In this document: in pieces, positions 28,595 to 32,000 of the stretch
How positions within the stretch are numbered: the first letter of the stretch is position 1
Layout of the letters: each line of letters opens with the position of its first letter
Assembly: GCF_000016745.1 (NCBI RefSeq)
Contig: NC_009483.1
Span: forward strand, 1,710,001-1,742,000
Length of the DNA stretch: 32,000 bases
Source of the DNA: Geotalea uraniireducens Rf4
GTDB lineage: Bacteria > Desulfobacterota > Desulfuromonadia > Geobacterales > Geobacteraceae
Direction of reading: 5' to 3'
The notes under the pieces: model-generated
The model's input: only the letters and a program-made list of their open reading frames with translations
Told to the model about the DNA's origin: nothing
Databases searched by the model: none
Program-made: the position numbers and the translations under genes

Positions 28595-29711
28595 TAACTG
28601 CCGTTTTTGTGTTCACTGCATGTTCGATCCAGCCGCCGCCGAGCACTGTGTCTCCGTCGTAAAAGACCACTGCCTGGCCGGGGGTGACGGACTTTTCCCG
28701 TTCCGTGAAACGCACCTCTGCGCGGTTGTCGGCAAGGGGAAGAATACGGCACGGGATGGGGTGGTGGCGGTACCTGATCTTGCAGCTCGCTTCAATGGCG
28801 GTTTCCGGGGTGGGGGCAATCCAGTTGATGGCTGTCGCAATCAGGCCGTCGCTGTAGAGTGCGTCACGTGGGCCTACCGTAACCTCTTTCCTGGCGGCGT
28901 CCACTCCCAGCACGTAGAGCGGTTCCGGGTGGGCGATACCCAGACCCTTGCGCTGGCCCACGGTATATCGGTAGGTCCCGTCATGCACCCCCAGGACCTT
29001 TCCCTTCCTGTCGACGATGTTCCCGGAGAGCAGCTGCTTCCCCCGTTCTTCCTCGATGAAACGGACGTAGTCGTTGTCAGGGACAAAGCAGATCTCCTGG
29101 CTCTCCCCCTTTTCCGCCACCCGCAGACCGTAACCGGCGGCGAGGGCGCGGACCTCCTGCTTGGTCATCCCCCCCAGTGGAAAGAGGGTCATGGCGAGCT
29201 GTTCCTGGGTGAGGGTGAAGAGGAAATAAGACTGGTCCTTTGCCGGATCGACCCCTTTCATGAGCCGGTAACGGCCGTCGGCATCCTGCTCCGTCCTGGC
29301 GTAGTGGCCGGTGGCGATCATGTCCGCCCCGAGTCCGCGCGCCTTCTTCAGGAGAAGCTCGAACTTTATCCACTGGTTGCATCGTACGCAGGGGTTGGGG
29401 GTGCGTCCGAGGAGATACTCGTTGACGAAGTCGTCGATGACGAGGTTCTGGAACTCTTCCTCGAAGTTCACCACGTAAAAGGGGATTTCCAGTTGCTCTG
29501 CGACCCGCCGCGCATCGTGGATATCGTCCAGCGAGCAGCAGGTGTCGAACTTTTCCCCTTCCTCGGCCGTGAACCTGGTGTAGTCCCAGACCTGCATGGA
29601 GATGCCGATTACCTCATGCCCCTCTTCCTTCAGCAGGGCCGCGGCGACCGAGGAATCCACCCCGCCGCTCATGGCGATGACGACCCGTTTTCGTTTATTG
29701 TTTTTTACCAT
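28584..29711 (-). CDS. mnmA: tRNA 2-thiouridine(34) synthase MnmA
   Basis: PP-loop [18 protein letters not shown], plus [24 protein letters not shown] and ATGHYAR. Confidence 0.92.
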   Translation of the reverse strand: MVKNNKRKRVVIAMSGGVDSSVAAALLKEEGHEVIGISMQVWDYTRFTAEEGEKFDTCCSLDDIHDARRVAEQLEIPFYVVNFEEEFQNLVIDDFVNEYLLGRTPNPCVRCNQWIKFELLLKKARGLGADMIATGHYARTEQDADGRYRLMKGVDPAKDQSYFLFTLTQEQLAMTLFPLGGMTKQEVRALAAGYGLRVAEKGESQEICFVPDNDYVRFIEEERGKQLLSGNIVDRKGKVLGVHDGTYRYTVGQRKGLGIAHPEPLYVLGVDAARKEVTVGPRDALYSDGLIATAINWIAPTPETAIEASCKIRYRHHPIPCRILPLADNRAEVRFTEREKSVTPGQAVVFYDGDTVLGGGWIEHAVNTKTAVSHE

Positions 29712-29861
29712 TCTCTATTCACCATTTTGAAAGGACATTTCTGCCACAGACTCACAGAGACGCAGAGGTCTCGCGAAATTGTGCAATCTCTTGATTTTCT
29801 CTGTGCCTGTGGTGGGTTCGATCAGATGACACCGAAGGCAAAATCAGATTCAAAACCCATG

Positions 29862-29963
29862 GGACGCAGAAAAACCGGAAACTGAGGATCACTGCGGATT
29901 AAAAGACCCCTATTTGTTGTTTTGTAAATCCGCTTCTTCCTCTTTTCCGCCTTTTCTGCGTCC
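29862..29963. repeat. About 100-bp imperfect long hairpin in the nifS-mnmA spacer
   Basis: GGACGCAGAAAA (29862-29873) is the perfect complement of TTTTCTGCGTCC (29952-29963). Nested GCGGATT (29894-29900) pairs with AATCCGC (29927-29933). A separate IR, CCACAGACTCACAGAG / CTCTGTGCCTGTGG, lies at about 29744-29813. Confidence 0.6.
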
Positions 29964-30021
29964 TATTGCTTTTTAAGGTGTTCTCCGTGTCTACGGTTTG
30001 ACGGAAGTGCTGTTTCCGGAT

Positions 30022-31161
30022 TTACTGCTGTTCACGCAGTCGTTCGATAATCCCCGGCAACACGTCCAGCACGTAATCCATTTCCGCTTCCGTGGTTCCC
30101 CTCCCCAGGGAAAAACGGACCGAGCCCCTGGCCAGAGCCGGTTCGACCCCCATCGCCGCCAATACCGGCGAGGTTTTCAGGGTGCCGGAGCTGCAGGCGG
30201 AACCGGAGGAGACGGCAACGCCGGCCAGATCCAGGTTCAAGAGGAGCGAGTCCGCTTCCAGACGGGGGAAGGAGAGGTTTGTCGTGGTCGGGAGGCGATT
30301 TTCCGGGTGACCGTTAAGCCGCACATCCGGGAATTCAGTCAGGATCCCATGTTCCAGTCGGTCGCGCAAGGTCTTGAGACGTGACGATTCCGCGGCCATC
30401 TCTGCCTTCGCTATCTCGCACGCTTTTCCAAGGGCGACGATGCCGGCGACGTTTTCAGTGCCGGCCCGGCGGTTGCGCTCCTGCGAGCCGCCATGGATCA
30501 ACGGGTGGAGTTTGACCCCTTTCCTGACGATCAGGGCGCCGATCCCTTTCGGCGCACCTAGCTTGTGACCCGACAGTGCCAGCAGGCGAATGCCCATTTC
30601 CCGGCAGTCTATCGGCGCCTTGCCGACGGCTTGCACTGCATCGCAATGGAAGTACACGCCGCGCCTCGCGGCGATTTCCCCGATCTCGGCTACCGGGAAG
30701 AGCACGCCGGTCTCATTGTTGGCGAACATTGCCGAAACAAGGATGGTCTTTTCATTGATGGCCGCCTCAAGTTCGTCGAGGTCGACGATGCCGTGGCGGT
30801 CCACACGCAGCCGGGTAATCTCGAACCCGTTGCTTTCCAGGTAGAGACAGGCATTCAAAACCGCCGGATGTTCCACCGCGGTGGTAATGATGTTGTTACC
30901 CTTGCCGCGCAGGGCCGCTGCAACCCCCTTGACGGCCATGTTGTCCGCTTCGCTGCCGCAGGAGGTGAAGACCACCTCGACCGGATCGCAGCCGACCAGC
31001 GCCGCCACCTTTTCGCGGGCTTCTTCCAACGCCCCCTTGACCATGCGGCCGGCCCAGTGGATGCTGGAAGGGTTGCCGAAGCTTTCCTTGTAATAGGGGA
31101 GGAGCGCCTCCAACACATCCGGGTGAACCGGGGTTGTGGCGTTGTAGTCCATGTAGATCAT
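30022..31161 (-). CDS. nifS: NifS/IscS-family cysteine desulfurase (PLP-dependent)
   Basis: MDYNATTPVHPDVLEAL, FTSCGSEADN, the PLP-lysine motif SGHKLGAPKGIGAL, and the active-site loop SSGSACSSG. Confidence 0.9.
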   Translation of the reverse strand: MIYMDYNATTPVHPDVLEALLPYYKESFGNPSSIHWAGRMVKGALEEAREKVAALVGCDPVEVVFTSCGSEADNMAVKGVAAALRGKGNNIITTAVEHPAVLNACLYLESNGFEITRLRVDRHGIVDLDELEAAINEKTILVSAMFANNETGVLFPVAEIGEIAARRGVYFHCDAVQAVGKAPIDCREMGIRLLALSGHKLGAPKGIGALIVRKGVKLHPLIHGGSQERNRRAGTENVAGIVALGKACEIAKAEMAAESSRLKTLRDRLEHGILTEFPDVRLNGHPENRLPTTTNLSFPRLEADSLLLNLDLAGVAVSSGSACSSGTLKTSPVLAAMGVEPALARGSVRFSLGRGTTEAEMDYVLDVLPGIIERLREQQ

Positions 31162-31217
31162 GCTGAACCTGTTGAATTGGTGAATGTTTAACTGTTGAGG
31201 AGGAACGGCGGAGTCTC

Positions 31218-31643
31218 TTAGCTTTCCAGCTTTTCCCGTGCCTCGTGGGTAAGGTCTTCAAGGGTGATGGCGTCGAGAAATCCCCTGATCCGCTCTCCCA
31301 GGTCTTTCCAGATGTTGTGGGTGACGCACCGGGAGACCCTCGAACAACCGGTGCTCCCTTCGTCCATGCAGGCTACAGGGCTGAGAGGTTCTTCGACGGT
31401 GACGACTATCTCACCCACCTTGATGAGGGCGCTGTTTCGCGCCAGGATATAGCCGCCGCCCGGTCCGCGGATGCTGGTGACGATCCCGCCGTTTTTCAGA
31501 CGGAAGAAAAGCTGCTCCAGGTAGCTCAGGGGGATATCTTCCCGCTGGGCTATTTCCTTGAGCGATACAGGTTTGTCCGTGGCGTAGAGGGAGAGGTCGA
31601 CCATGGCCCGCACAGCATACTGAGCTCTTGTTGACAAGCGCAT
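31218..31643 (-). CDS. Rrf2-family transcriptional regulator (IscR/CymR-like, three C-terminal Cys)
   Basis: MRLSTRAQYAVRAMVDL...PVSLKEIAQREDIPLSYLEQLFFRLKNGGIVTSIRGPGGGYILAR, and a CMDEGSTGCSRVSRC candidate cluster site. Confidence 0.9.
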   Translation of the reverse strand: MRLSTRAQYAVRAMVDLSLYATDKPVSLKEIAQREDIPLSYLEQLFFRLKNGGIVTSIRGPGGGYILARNSALIKVGEIVVTVEEPLSPVACMDEGSTGCSRVSRCVTHNIWKDLGERIRGFLDAITLEDLTHEAREKLES

Positions 31644-31647
31644 GCCG

Positions 31648-32000
31648 TTATTTCCCTTCGTCGAGCCGTTTTTTCAGCTGCTCGTATTCGGTGGTAAGGG
31701 TCGATAATTTACGTTCCAGCTCCCGGATCTGGTCAAAGAGACAGGAGATGGCTTTCGCTTCCGGGTCGGGCAGCCGGCCGTGCTGCAGGTCCATCTTTTC
31801 CGTGGGCTTTTCCGTGGCCATGACCACGCGACCCGGTATGCCCACAACCGTTGAATTGGGCGGCACCTCTTTGACGACGACCGAATTCGAACCGATCTTG
31901 CTGTCCCGTCCGACAGTGAACGGCCCGAGAACCTTCGCGCCGGAACCTACCACCACGTTGTCCCCGAGGGTGGGGTGGCGTTTGGTCTTTTCCCAGCTCA
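31648..32000 (-). CDS. cysE: Serine O-acetyltransferase, 3' part (5' end beyond the window)
   Basis: The frame is open to the window edge. Left-handed beta-helix hexapeptide repeats ([52 protein letters not shown]) and a coiled-coil-like tail. Confidence 0.85.
   Translation of the reverse strand, partial: SWEKTKRHPTLGDNVVVGSGAKVLGPFTVGRDSKIGSNSVVVKEVPPNSTVVGIPGRVVMATEKPTEKMDLQHGRLPDPEAKAISCLFDQIRELERKLSTLTTEYEQLKKRLDEGK

Overview
The window looks like a Geobacteraceae/Desulfuromonadia-type chromosome. This is inferred from gene content, about 55-60% GC and the repeat families; no search was run.

Layout, left to right:
- (1) 1-840: an AT-rich tail of a polymorphic-toxin (Rhs-type) locus. It holds a Cys-rich C-terminal toxin domain with a phospholipase-A2-like motif, a 3-TM candidate immunity ORF and an orphan Rhs-core stub carrying an in-frame TGA.
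- (2) 841-1944: an exported helical protein.
- (3) 2044-9000: one roughly 2,317-codon reading frame for a giant surface protein. It has two 7-bladed RCC1 propellers, seven Ig-like modules and four CarboxypepD_reg-like domains. A single in-frame TAG at 3193-3195 splits it.
- (4) 9211-20065: an integrase-less island of about 10.9 kb, bracketed by 163-bp near-identical direct repeats. It carries hipBA, mazEF, a complete type I R-M system (hsdMSR) and a decayed relE/HTH scar.
- (5) 20245-24523: exeA/gspB-like genes, a YkgJ-type Cys-cluster protein, a 219-bp MITE and a hypothetical gene.
- (6) 24531-25725: phd-parE, and a 5'-truncated brnT next to an intact brnA.
- (7) 25729-32000, minus strand: a sulfur/tRNA-thiolation operon (cysE, Rrf2 regulator, nifS-like, mnmA, mtaB). 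An IS4-family element with a perfect 9-bp target duplication interrupts it.

Several small structured repeat families lie in the intergenic regions: 10-bp-phased heptamer arrays and roughly 135-bp nested palindromes. I found no rRNA or CRISPR and no convincing tRNA. All functional calls come from reading motifs in the translations, not from database searches.
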